Positions 10,701-20,900 of a stretch of 64,000 nucleotides of DNA are shown piece by piece (the stretch's first letter is position 1; each line of letters opens with the position of its first letter). The translations under genes and the position numbers were made by a program. Below the pieces are notes generated by a model, which saw only the letters and a program-made list of their open reading frames with translations, searched no databases and had not been told where the DNA came from. The stretch comes from Prasinococcaceae sp. CCMP 1430 (Eukaryota; Plantae; Prasinodermophyta), in assembly GCA_013416795.1 (NCBI GenBank), contig RQSC01000033.1, forward strand, positions 288,567-352,566, given 5' to 3'.

Positions 10701-11243
10701 ATGCCGCATGCGCCCGCCGCGTCACCTTTGCGCGCTGCGGAGGCCGCGGCGCGCGAGTGGGACGCCGCCAAGAATCTGCCCGCAAAGCAAGGCGCCTTCC
10801 TTCACGCAGCAGTCGCGGAGAGCCTCCTGCGCGGGCGCAGCGCCAACGCAGATGCGGGTGCTGTCTCCTCGGCGCTCGACAGGATCCTCCACGGCGGTGG
10901 CGACGTCATCGATCCCGTCATTCGGCGCGCTGTTCATCACTACCGGATCAGCAAGGAGCTCGGCGGCGACACAGCCGCGTACGTGCTGTGTGACCTTGCT
11001 CACGGGCTCTACGATGCTAGCTCAAACGCCGAGGCGTGCTACCTGCAGGCCGCGCGCGACCAGGACGCCAGCCGGCTGGCGGTGGCACTCGCAGTCGCGC
11101 GCATTCGCATGCTACGCGCAGTGCAGGCGGCCACGCGCGCGGCAGAGGCGCGTGGCGTGAGCGCCGCGCATGCCATCGTCGGCGCCGCTTGCACCGCAGT
11201 TGTGCTGCTCTTCGGGAGAGCCCTTCACCAGCGCCACCGATAA
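7743..11243 (+). CDS. SEL1L/HRD3-related protein with LamG (concanavalin-like) and LCCL-like domains, Sel1 repeats and a C-terminal TM (SEL1L3-like architecture)
   Basis: Proposed exons 7743-7766, 7816-8115, 8231-9973, 10131-11243; the first 49-nt intron is tentative and would yield a signal peptide. LamG: WHRVVFV...LELYING...GPLRLG. LCCL-like: VECPALC...SSVCGAA. Sel1/HRD3: RDCEAAV...VGPW, AGYASALHNAAWL. Confidence 0.75.
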
Positions 11244-11681
11244 TTACACGCTGTTCTCATTGCCACCGCTGTAGCCGAACGATGTTAGGATGCTCAGCAC
11301 GTACTGCTCCGCGCGGGCGTCGCCACGCCTCGCGGCCGCGAGGGCGGCCTCGTATCCTTGCGCGTACTCGCCGAGGAACAAATACCACCAGACGCAGACG
11401 CCTGCCGCGGCCGCGCCAGTGAGCCACCACGCGTGAAAGAGCGTCTCAAGCCCCCCGACCACGCCGACCCCCGAACACACTATCGTCCATGGCTGGCACC
11501 ACGGCGGCTTCGCCTCCCACACGCTGTCGGGAGCGTCGCCGAGCGTGAGCGCCAGCCGTTGCGCCCCAAGCGCCGCGCGTTCGCCCTCGCCCCCGCCCGC
11601 GCCCTCGCACGCGGCAGCCCTCGCACGCCGCATGCGCGGCTGCCGCGCGCCCCGCGCGCGCGCCCCCAATGCAGCGCACAT
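11244..11681 (-). CDS. Small plastid-targeted membrane protein resembling cyanobacterial DUF6737
   Basis: ATG 11681; R/A-rich transit-like N-terminus, then SVWEAKPPWCQPWTIVCSG and two hydrophobic helices. Family assignment is recalled similarity, not searched. Confidence 0.65.
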   Translation of the reverse strand: MCAALGARARGARQPRMRRARAAACEGAGGGEGERAALGAQRLALTLGDAPDSVWEAKPPWCQPWTIVCSGVGVVGGLETLFHAWWLTGAAAAGVCVWWYLFLGEYAQGYEAALAAARRGDARAEQYVLSILTSFGYSGGNENSV

Positions 11682-11992
11682 CGGGAACGGAGGAGGTCGC
11701 GCGCCCCGCCTCGCCCCTCGCCGGCCTCGGCCACCGCGGCCGCCGCCTCCGCTGTGGCGCACATGCGTGCGCCGGATTGCAAGCCCCCGACCAAATTCGG
11801 GGCGATTGGATTGCGCGGGTGCGCACGCGTGGCGTGTCACACACGCACGCGGCGGTGCGCAGCTGTGGCGCGGCCGCGCTTCGAGGGGTCGCGCCTCACG
11901 CACGGCGCGGTCTCGCCCCTGTGGCCCGAGCGGCCCGCCCGGACGGGTCCGGCGCGCCGGCGTGCCGGTCGGCCGGCGAACGACGCCGCCCG

Positions 11993-12627
11993 ATGAGCAC
12001 GGACAGGCTGGTGCCGGCGGCCGAGGAGCGGCACGCGTTCTTGCACGGCGGTACGCGCCACGCGCGGGGCGCCGCGCCGGTGCTCGCCCAGCTCGGGCGC
12101 TCGCGCCCGCTCGCCTGCTCGATTGCTTGAGCGCGTCGCTGACGCGCTCGCGCGATTGCTGCTGCCGTCGTCGCCGCCGCCGCGATGCGCCAGGGCGCAC
12201 CATCTACGAGTGGGAGCAGACCATCGAGGAAGTCAGCGTTTACATCCGCACGCCGCCTGGTGCGCGCGCGGCCGACCTTGACGTGCGCATTGGCGCGAGT
12301 TCGCTCTCGGTTGGTATCAAGGGCAATCCGAACCCCTACCTGCAGCATGACACCTTCGCGCCAGTGGTAACCGGCGACTCGACGTGGACGCTCGATGGCA
12401 CGGAGCTGTGCATCACGCTCGCCAAGGCGCGTCAGGGCGAGCCGTGGACTGCTGTGTTTGCGGGTCACGAGGGCACCATGAGCGGCGCTGCCGAGCAGGC
12501 TGAGCGCAAGCGCTTGCTTCTCGAGCGCTTTCAGGCGGAACATCCGGGCTTCGACTTCTCTGGGGCGGAGATGAGCGGCGAGGCGCCCGACGCGCATACG
12601 TTCATGGGTGGCTTTGAGCGCCAGTGA
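11993..12627 (+). CDS. NUDCD2: NudC domain-containing protein 2 (CS/p23 domain)
   Basis: Exons 11993-12050 and 12194-12627. Motifs YEWEQTIEEV, DSTWTLD, LLLERFQAEHPGFDFSGAE...FMGG. Confidence 0.9.
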
Positions 12628-12784
12628 GTGGCGCCGATTCTGTCAAAAACGTGTACATTACCCTTTGTCACAAGGACGGCGCCCCCGCCGCCGCCGCGCG
12701 CCGCTGGACTCGTCGTTGCCGTCGGCGAGCTCCACACGGAGCGCCATGACATACATGGACGGGAGCGGTATAAAGGTTCTTCTC

Positions 12785-15706
12785 CTACGCGAGCGCGGCC
12801 AAGTCGCACTGGAGCTCGGCGAGACGCGCCGCGCATTCCTCTGTCGTGCGTGCGCTTACCACGGGGACGCTCGCGGCGGTGGAAGAGTCGCAATCCGACG
12901 CGCACGCGTCTGGTGGCAGCCAGCCAGCGAGGATGAAGGAGTAGGCGGCGCCGTGAGCTTCAAGCGTTGTTGAAATGCCGTTTTCGTCGATGATTGAGGT
13001 AGTCGTGTTGGGGGCGCCAATCATCACTGTGCCGCAAGCACGAGGCGGAGCGTACGACAACGAAGGCGCCAGATACGTTAGCGGCGCTGGCGAGAACGAT
13101 CTGCTACATCTACGGGACGAGCCAATCCCCCTTGGCAGGAGATACATCAAGGGAACAAAAAACTCACCTGCGGTGCCGCTCGCAGCCACACTGCGACCAA
13201 AGTTCCCATCGTCTTCGCCGTCAGGGACGCTCATCGTTGCGACCTGAGTCCATATGCCGCAGCTGCGGTGGAAGGCGTACGTGTTCGACTCTGCGGTTGC
13301 ATTGGCCAGTGCTGGCGCGCCGAGCACGACGAGGTCATCGTACAGGGCCGCCGATACCACCCGCTGCCCTGGCGCGGCATCAATGGGCACGAGGAGTGCC
13401 TGCTCGCTCCAGGTTCCGCCGACGCGAACGAAGACGACACCACTGCCGACGCTGCCGCTGTCGTCGTCTGTGCTCCTGGATACAACTACGGCTGTGTCTC
13501 CATCGAGTGCCACCTCAGCGAAGCCGCCGCCAGGCTCATCGTATGCTTGGAGCAGCTTGTCCGTCTCGAGCCACCCGCCGTCCGGCATTCGATCGAACAC
13601 GTACACCGCGCCACGCCCGTCGCGGTGAAAAGCGGACACCACCATCGCAGTGTCTCCTGAAATTGCGGTCGAGAAGCCAAAGCTGTCGCCAGCCACAAGC
13701 TCGTCCATGGTCTCATCTGGGGGGCTGTAATCGAAACGCGGCGCGGGGGTCAGCTTCGCCGTCTGCTCCCACGCCCCAGTAACGTTGCTGCGTTCAAACA
13801 CGTAGGCCGCCCCGCAGTCTTGACCCTCGGCGTCTTCCCCTTCTTCGTAAAGGAAGCCCTCGCACGCATGAGCGGCAGCGCCGATGACTGCCGTGTTACC
13901 GTCGATGCTCAAGCCCCACCCGAAGAGGGCGCCGGGCGTGGGGTCGTCGGGCCGGAGCACGGCCGTCTGGCTCCATGCTCCGGTGAGAGGGTCGCGCGCG
14001 TATGCGTACACGATGCCCGAGTCGGCAATGGTCGCACTGAAGTGGCTGTACGGGGCTCCAACGAGCGCGGTGTCTCCGGAGACGGCGACGGTCAGGCCAA
14101 ATTCGTCGCCACTCTGAGTTTCGACAGGCTGCAGGCGGGTCACCTCCTGCCACTGGCCGCTGAGCTGACGCTCGAAGATCCAGGCGGCGCCGGTCGAGTC
14201 GTCCTTGCCCCTTCCGCCGATGGCCGCGTAGTCACCGCTCACTGCTGTGGCGACGCCGAAGTTGTCGTTGGCCTCGCGATCGTCGTGCAAAAGCTGGTCC
14301 CCGGTGACATCTGGGACAGGCCCCGACGTCGCGCTGGCGGCGTAGGCCGCAGCTTGCGCCGCCGCTAGCTCCGCAGTAAGCGCGGTCTCGTCCGCTTCGC
14401 ATTCGGCGCATTCATTGACGAGTGATGGCAGCTCGTAGATGAATGCCGTGCCATGGTCCGCTGTCCCTTCGTGGGTTGCGGTGGGGATTGCGATGACGGC
14501 AGTGTCGCCGGAGATCATTGCGCGGCGCATTGATTGCGGGTCGCCCTGGAGGTCCTGGGGCACTTCGAGCGTGGCGACCAGTGACCAGTTGCCACACGAG
14601 CGGTGGTACAGGTGCGCTGACTCCCACGGCGTGTCATCGTGGTACGTGTACCAGCCGTCGAAGAGTGCGAAGTCTCCGCTGATGCTGACAGAGCTGCCGT
14701 CTGATCGGATGGGGGTCGCGACCTCGGGCCATGCCGTGCCTTGCTTCGTGAATATGTGCGACGTGTTGATCCACGGGGTGCCGAACATCATCGTCTCCCC
14801 GCCGAGGTCGTCCAAGTCGAGGTGCTCGCCAAAGTGGCTCAGCCGCTGTCCCTCAAGATTGTAGGCTGCTTGGAACTTCTGCTGCTCGGCCCACTCCCCA
14901 TCTGCGCCGCGCTCGAAAACGTAGGCGGCGCCTCGATTAAAGTCTTCACCCGCGCTGACGATGATCGCACGGTCACCGTATAGCTTGACGCCGAATCCCA
15001 GGCGGTCACCGGGCTTGATGTCACTGGTGGTGAGTTTCGCGGTCTGCGACCACTCGCCGTTCTCGTCCTGCTCAAAGACGAACACCGCGCCGCAAAGCTG
15101 GGCGCCCTCGGCCCACTCTTCGGCCGTCGGGTAATCCAAGTTGATCGGATCGTAGAAGACGGTGTCGACCCATGTCTCGTTGAAGCCCGCGGCGCCATCC
15201 TCGCAGTACATGTACGGTGCGCCGACCAACGCCGTGCCGTTGTGGATGTCCACGGCAAGGCCGAACCTCGAGCCCGCTGCGGCGACGTCCGACGTGAGGA
15301 TGGCCGTCTGGGCGAAGGCTCCATCGGCGTCTTTTTCGAAGACGACGGCGACGCCGACGAGGCTGCCCTCCTCGCCTGGGCTGAGGAAGGTCCTCGGCGC
15401 CCCGACAATGGCCGTCTTGGTGGCATCGTCCACGTTGACCCACTGGCCGAGGCGATAGTCTTCGTCCACAGCGACCGGCAGCTCGATGCGGGTGGTCTCT
15501 TTGAAGAGGCCGTCGCTGGGATCGCGCTCGAATATCCACGCAAGCGCACCGCCCTCATCTGCGACGTCATGGTACTGGTCAGAGCCGAGGATCAGCAGAT
15601 CCCCCGAGATCTCGATCCGGCCGCCGAACGATTCGAGCTCGGAGCCGTTTGCGTGCCACAGCTGCTGCACGTGCTGCAGCTTCGGCGTGCCGGCCGGCGG
15701 CGCCAC
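12785..15706 (-). CDS. FG-GAP repeat protein 1 (two 7-bladed beta-propellers); 5' end broken at N 15796
   Basis: 14 blades of the FG...VAxSGDTAVIGA...GAAYVFER type. Intron 13027-13167 (GTGAGT...ACAG) restores SGTAVMIGAP. A possible first exon lies at 16038-16106 (donor GTGAGT at 16037). Confidence 0.85.
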   Translation of the reverse strand: MAPPAGTPKLQHVQQLWHANGSELESFGGRIEISGDLLILGSDQYHDVADEGGALAWIFERDPSDGLFKETTRIELPVAVDEDYRLGQWVNVDDATKTAIVGAPRTFLSPGEEGSLVGVAVVFEKDADGAFAQTAILTSDVAAAGSRFGLAVDIHNGTALVGAPYMYCEDGAAGFNETWVDTVFYDPINLDYPTAEEWAEGAQLCGAVFVFEQDENGEWSQTAKLTTSDIKPGDRLGFGVKLYGDRAIIVSAGEDFNRGAAYVFERGADGEWAEQQKFQAAYNLEGQRLSHFGEHLDLDDLGGETMMFGTPWINTSHIFTKQGTAWPEVATPIRSDGSSVSISGDFALFDGWYTYHDDTPWESAHLYHRSCGNWSLVATLEVPQDLQGDPQSMRRAMISGDTAVIAIPTATHEGTADHGTAFIYELPSLVNECAECEADETALTAELAAAQAAAYAASATSGPVPDVTGDQLLHDDREANDNFGVATAVSGDYAAIGGRGKDDSTGAAWIFERQLSGQWQEVTRLQPVETQSGDEFGLTVAVSGDTALVGAPYSHFSATIADSGIVYAYARDPLTGAWSQTAVLRPDDPTPGALFGWGLSIDGNTAVIGAAAHACEGFLYEEGEDAEGQDCGAAYVFERSNVTGAWEQTAKLTPAPRFDYSPPDETMDELVAGDSFGFSTAISGDTAMVVSAFHRDGRGAVYVFDRMPDGGWLETDKLLQAYDEPGGGFAEVALDGDTAVVVSRSTDDDSGSVGSGVVFVRVGGTWSEQALLVPIDAAPGQRVVSAALYDDLVVLGAPALANATAESNTYAFHRSCGIWTQVATMSVPDGEDDGNFGRSVAASGTAGEFFVPLMYLLPRGIGSSRRCSRSFSPAPLTYLAPSLSYAPPRACGTVMIGAPNTTTSIIDENGISTTLEAHGAAYSFILAGWLPPDACASDCDSSTAASVPVVSARTTEECAARLAELQCDLAALA

Positions 15707-15790
15707 CCCGTGCGTGAGCTGCTTCTGCGCCCCCGCGGGCGCAGAAGCAGCTCACGCACGGGGGCGCAGAAGCAGCTCACGCACGGGGTG
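15706..15790. repeat. 27-bp perfect inverted repeat with duplicated right arm, next to the N join
   Basis: Left arm 15706-15732, loop CCGC, right arm 15737-15763, second copy of the right arm 15764-15790, N at 15796. Confidence 0.9.
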
Positions 15791-16624
15791 AGCTGNCCAG
15801 CCCGGCACCGATGGCCCTGCACAGTCCCAGCAGTTGAGGCGTCCCGTCACCGCTGTCTGGCACACTGTTCGTGCTCTCGGCTGATTCGAGGCGGCCCGCA
15901 AGCGCCACAGACACCGCAGACATCACGGCAGTGCAACACGCCGTCGAGGTCTTGTCCAGTGCACGAGGCGACAAGCGCGGCCGTGCCCCAGAGAGGGCCC
16001 CAGATGGTGGCGTGCGCGGATCTCGCCGAGAACTCACCTCGGATCCGCCGGCGGTCGCTTCAGCGCGGCGCGCAGGAGCTGGTGCAGCCGCGTTCATGGC
16101 CACCATCGGATGCTCCGCGTGGCGCGCGCGCGCGCGCAGCACGCCGGGCGCGAGAGAGAGGCGAGCCTCCGCTCTCACCCCCACCACCCCTCACCCCCCC
16201 CTCCTCGCCGCGAAGGCCTTCGATGGCGCGGGGCGCCGCCGACACGTCAGTGGCGTGTGTCGCACACGTGCGTTCCACCGTCGGAGTTCGCTGGCGTCGC
16301 GCTACTGCGACACGCGGGTTACGAACTGTGTGCGTCATGATGAATGGCATGCAGACTGGTCTCTGTTCCGTAACTGTCTCGTGACCGGTGCTGCAATTGG
16401 CTGCGCTGGCCAAGAGTGCGCAGCGCGTGCTGCTGCAGGCGCCAGGACGGTGTGCCACGCGCCGTGCACGCGCCGCGCCGCGCGCCGCATCTCATGCCAC
16501 ACCGCGCGCGCTGCGCGAATGGCGGCGGCGGCCGTTGCCGCGTCCGTCGGCATTGACGGCGGCAGCGCACGCACGCGGTCCTCGAGGCGTCCGTCACGCG
16601 CCGGCCGGACGCCCCGCGCGAGCC

Positions 16625-17825
16625 ATGGCGGCGCAGGGCACCGCGTCAGGTGAGGGGAGGAGGGCATCCCAGATAGATGATCAGATGCCACACCGTAGCT
16701 TTGTGTCCTACTCTCATGACGCGGTGCTAACTGAGCGCTTCCTTTCTACGTCCGTGCAGCAGACGCGGTCACCGCCCTCAAGGGCGTGCCGGAGACGATG
16801 CTTTGGCCTCTGTGGAACCGCGCGGCCGAGACAAAGCGCCGCGATGCACTCCTGGAGGATCGCTGGGCGGTGTCGCTGGTCGACGAGCTGGCGACCGTCT
16901 ACGACTTCGAGGCCAGTTTCGGGAAGCCGCGCCCGACCTTCCACGGCATCCGCGCTAGGGTGTGCGACGACCTAGTGAAGGCGCACGCAAAGAAACATGG
17001 AGAACGCGCCATGGTCGTGGCGCTAGGAGAGGGCGTCGACACTTCTCGGCTGCGCACAGGCTTCCCCGCTGAGAGTTGGACTAGCGTTGACCTGCCGGAG
17101 GTGCGTAGGGTCCAAGCCGTGTATGCGTGCTTCCCATGTCTCGCGCCCGTCTGTGAGTTGACAGCGGTCAGCTGACACTTGCCCAACGCCATTGCTTGCG
17201 GCTTGGCGGCCGTATGTGATTGAAGTCCATCGCCGCACGCGAAGCGCACGTCCCGGGCTCGAGCGAGGAGCGGCTCATCGCAAAGTCTGCCCTAGACTTC
17301 ACTTGGATCGACGATCTCGCGTACGACGCCACGCGTGACGCGCCGCCGTTGATCACCGCGTGTGGTCTGCTCATGTACTTCGAGGAAGAACAGGTACGCA
17401 TTGGCGCTCGTGGCTGCGCTCGCCAAACTGAGAGAAGGACGAGCACTGACCGAGCCAGCCACCGCCCAACTCCTGTGCCTGCTTGGGCCTTTATCGCGCA
17501 GGTTGTGTCCCTGCTACGCGAAATCAGCACCCGTCTTCCCGGCGCTGAGATCTTCTTCGATAGCATCCCGCCAAGGTTCTCGAAGCGAAGCCTCACCCCC
17601 AAAGGAGTGGTCGTTACCCCCACGTACAGTCTGCCGCCCATGCCCTTTGGTGTACGCGTCGTCGATCTGCCGGACTTTCTCAAGCGCAATGGCTGGACGC
17701 CAGTGAAGGTTCAAGATTATTCAGCGCCGTTTCCTTCGCGCCTGCGCTTTTACTGGTGGCTTGGCACTCTGGTGCCGCCCGTGCGCGCCGCGCTTGCCGG
17801 CTCCCTCGCGCACGCGCGCTGTTGA
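16625..17825 (+). CDS. Class I SAM-dependent O-methyltransferase (LCM/TcmP/Omt-like, actinobacterial type)
   Basis: Exons 16625-16649, 16760-17100, 17226-17393, 17502-17825. Motifs GVPETMLWPLWNRA, RARVCDD, VVALGEGVDT, VDLPE, SALDFTW, TACGLLMYF, FDSIP, PPMPFG. Confidence 0.85.
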
Positions 17826-17981
17826 GCGCCAGACCGATGAGCGCAGTCGAGACACAGCAAGAACGGAGTCGTACGGATGGCTTTAAAAGCAATGTTAATC
17901 GCGGCGCGGCTCGCCTGTTCAGGCACCGCTGCCATTTTTCGCACACCATCATGGTCCGCTTTCGGCGCGTGCCACAGCGAG

Positions 17982-20900
17982 CTACGCAGCGAGCGCGTCC
18001 ACCACGCACTGGAGGTTGGCAACGCGCTGCTCGCACGCTTCCACAGTGTGCGGGGCGGCATCGACGGCCGTCGGGCAATCTGTTGCGCACGCATCCTCGG
18101 CCATGACATCGGCCGGCAGGTCGAAAACGTCCGCTGCTCCGTGCCCGGGCGCATCGGTGCCATCTTTGGCGGTGGCGTGATAGACAGCGCTGACGACGAC
18201 CGTGCCATTGGAAAGGTCGACGGCGCGCCCGAACTCGTCGCCGAGAGGCTCGCTTGGAGGCGGGGAGAGCGTGGCAACGAGGTTCCATTCGCCGCAGTTG
18301 CGACGGAAGACGTATGCAGTGCCGGTCGCGTCGTCCTCCCATATGTTCTTCACAGATCCGATCACCACGAGATTGTCGGAGATGACCGCGCTGGTTCCAA
18401 ACGTCTCATTCGCGGCTACGCCACCGATGGGGCTGAGCGTGGCCTGCTCGTACCAGGCCCCATCGATGCGCTGGTAGATATGTGCAAGACCCTCGCTTGC
18501 TGACCCGACCACGGCCGTGTCGCCGGAGATGTCGAGCGCCACCCAGCTGGCGAAGCCACTCCCTTCGTTGCCGTACGAATGGGTGAGTTTCGCCTCCTCA
18601 CGCCACTGGACAGTGCCGTTCTCGAGGCTCTCCCGTGCAAACACATACACTGCGCCGCGGCCATCCTGATTCCCCTCGGCTGCCACGAGCGCCAGATCTC
18701 CATCAATGGCAGTGTTGTGACCAAAAACGTCTCCGCCGGTGGCATCTGCAGGCCGCAGCACGGCTTCCTGCGCCCAGCCGCCGCCGTCCTCTTGGCGCAC
18801 GTACACGTAAGCGACTCCACAGGCGAGGTCGAGCGCCTCCAAGTCTGGATTGTACTCCGAATAGTAGTCGTAAGAGATCTCGTGGGCTGTCTGGTTGAAG
18901 GGCACCCCCTCGCACGGCTGATTGTACGCCCCTATCACCACAGTGTCGCCCTGCACGGCGATACCGCCGCTGCCGCTCATGAGCGCGAAGGGCTCGAGGC
19001 CAGGCGGCTGTATCTTGGCAGTTTCGACCCACTCCCCTGCATCCGTACGCTCGAACACGTACGCCGCGCCGGTGTTGACCAGGCTAGCATTGGGCCCGGC
19101 ATCCTGGCGGTGTGCGCTGATCACAGCGATGTCGCCGTCAAGCGCCACGTACCCCGCAAAGCTGTCCCCAGCCTTTCCGTCGCTGGCCATCAGCTTGGCC
19201 ACCTCTTCGAACGTGCCGTCGTCCTGCCTCTCGAAGACATACGCGGCGCCCTGGAAGAGGTTCGTACCGAAGGCGCCCACAAGAATCGTGTTCCCGTCGT
19301 CTGAAGCGGCCACGCCGTGACCAAACGCGTCGTCGGCCGACCCATCTCCGTGGACGATGCGCTGAGCTTCGGATACTTCAAGGGGGTCGTCGACGTTCCC
19401 GGCAGCCATCTCGCTCTGGCGCGCAAGGAACTGCGCCTCAAAGTCTGCGTAGCTCTGCTCGCACTCGGCGCACAAGTTGGCGGGGGCCGACAGGCCAGCG
19501 AACAGGTACGCCGCGCCCTGTCCCTCGGCGTCAACTTCGTCGTTGTCGGCTCCGACGAGCGCATCTCTGCCGGAGAGACCGATGGCGCTCCCGAAAGTCT
19601 CGCCACCAGCGAGCTCGGGATCGGTCAGCACGGCCACCTCCGACCACTCCCCACACACCCTGTGAAACACGTGCGCAGAGCCGGCAAAGCCGCCCTCGCG
19701 GTTCGCTCCGGGCACGCCGGTGGCGATCACGTCCCCATCCAGCAGCGTAAGATAGCCGAAAAAGTTGTTCTCGTGACCGTCGTGAGCGCGCAGCGTCGCC
19801 TGCTCGACCCAGGCGTCGCCGCGGCGAACGAGCACGACAATCTCGCCCTCGCGGCCCCACCCGTGGAAGTCGCCGCAGCAGCCGTAGCTCGAGCCCACGG
19901 CGAGGGTGTCTCCACTGAGAGCGACTGAGCCCTCCCCGAACTTGTGGAATTGGTCGCCCCCGCTGTGCAGAATCTTTGCCGTCTCGACGTACTCGCCGCC
20001 GTTGTCGGCCTGCTTCTCAAACACGTACAGCGCCCCGCGTTCGCTCGAGTATCCGGGCGCCGCAACCACGATCGTGCCATTCTCCACGGTCTGACCGAAG
20101 CCGAAGCGATCGTCGGTGGACGCGTCGCTCGCGACGAGCGTCTGCAGCAGCGCCCACTCGCCAGTGGCGGTGTCGCGCTCGTAGACATAAGCGCGGCCGC
20201 AGCGCTGCCCCTCTGGCACGCCCTCCAGGTCGCCGAACGTCATGTTGGCCAGGTACGCGGCGTCCGTCTCCACGTCAGGGCAGGGGGTGTTGTACGCGCC
20301 AATGACGGCGGTCCCGTCGCGCAGAGCCATGCCCAGCCCAAAGTACGCGTATGGGCCCAGGTCGTCTGGCGCAAGCGTCGTGGTCAGCGACCACTCGCCA
20401 GTGGTTGGGTCCCTGTCGAAGACAACAACCGCACCGCTGTCCGTTGTCGCATTGTCGGCGTCGTAGTTGTACTTCGCTACAAGAGCAGAGTCACCATCAA
20501 GTGCGATGACGTCGCCGTACCGGTCGTCCGGTTGCGGGTCCGGCTGCGTGAGGGGCGTTGCGACGCCGAAGGTGCCGTCGACCTGGCGCTCGTACAGCCA
20601 CGCTGTATCGATCAAACAGTCAGCCTCGATGCAGCGCGATCCGACGAGCGCGTGATCCGCCGTGATGACGGTGGCGGCGCCGAAGGCGTCGCCGGCGGAG
20701 TTGGTCGGGTGCAGCAGCCGCGTCGCGTTGCTGATGAAAGTGGGCGCGGTCTCGGCGCCGTCAGACTCGGCAGAGTCGCCGCCGGGCGAGCCAGCGGGCG
20801 GCGCACACGCCCCGCAGCTCTCGGGACAGATATCGTTGAGGGTTCCGCTGATTCCGGGACTGAAGCCCTGCGCGGCGTCGCTCGAGGAGAGGTCGGTATC

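Noticed and set aside
15706-15796. Perfect 27-bp hairpin as a MITE, terminator or structured RNA
   Set aside because: It abuts the N join and has a duplicated arm, typical of fold-back contig-end artefacts. No target-site duplication is seen.
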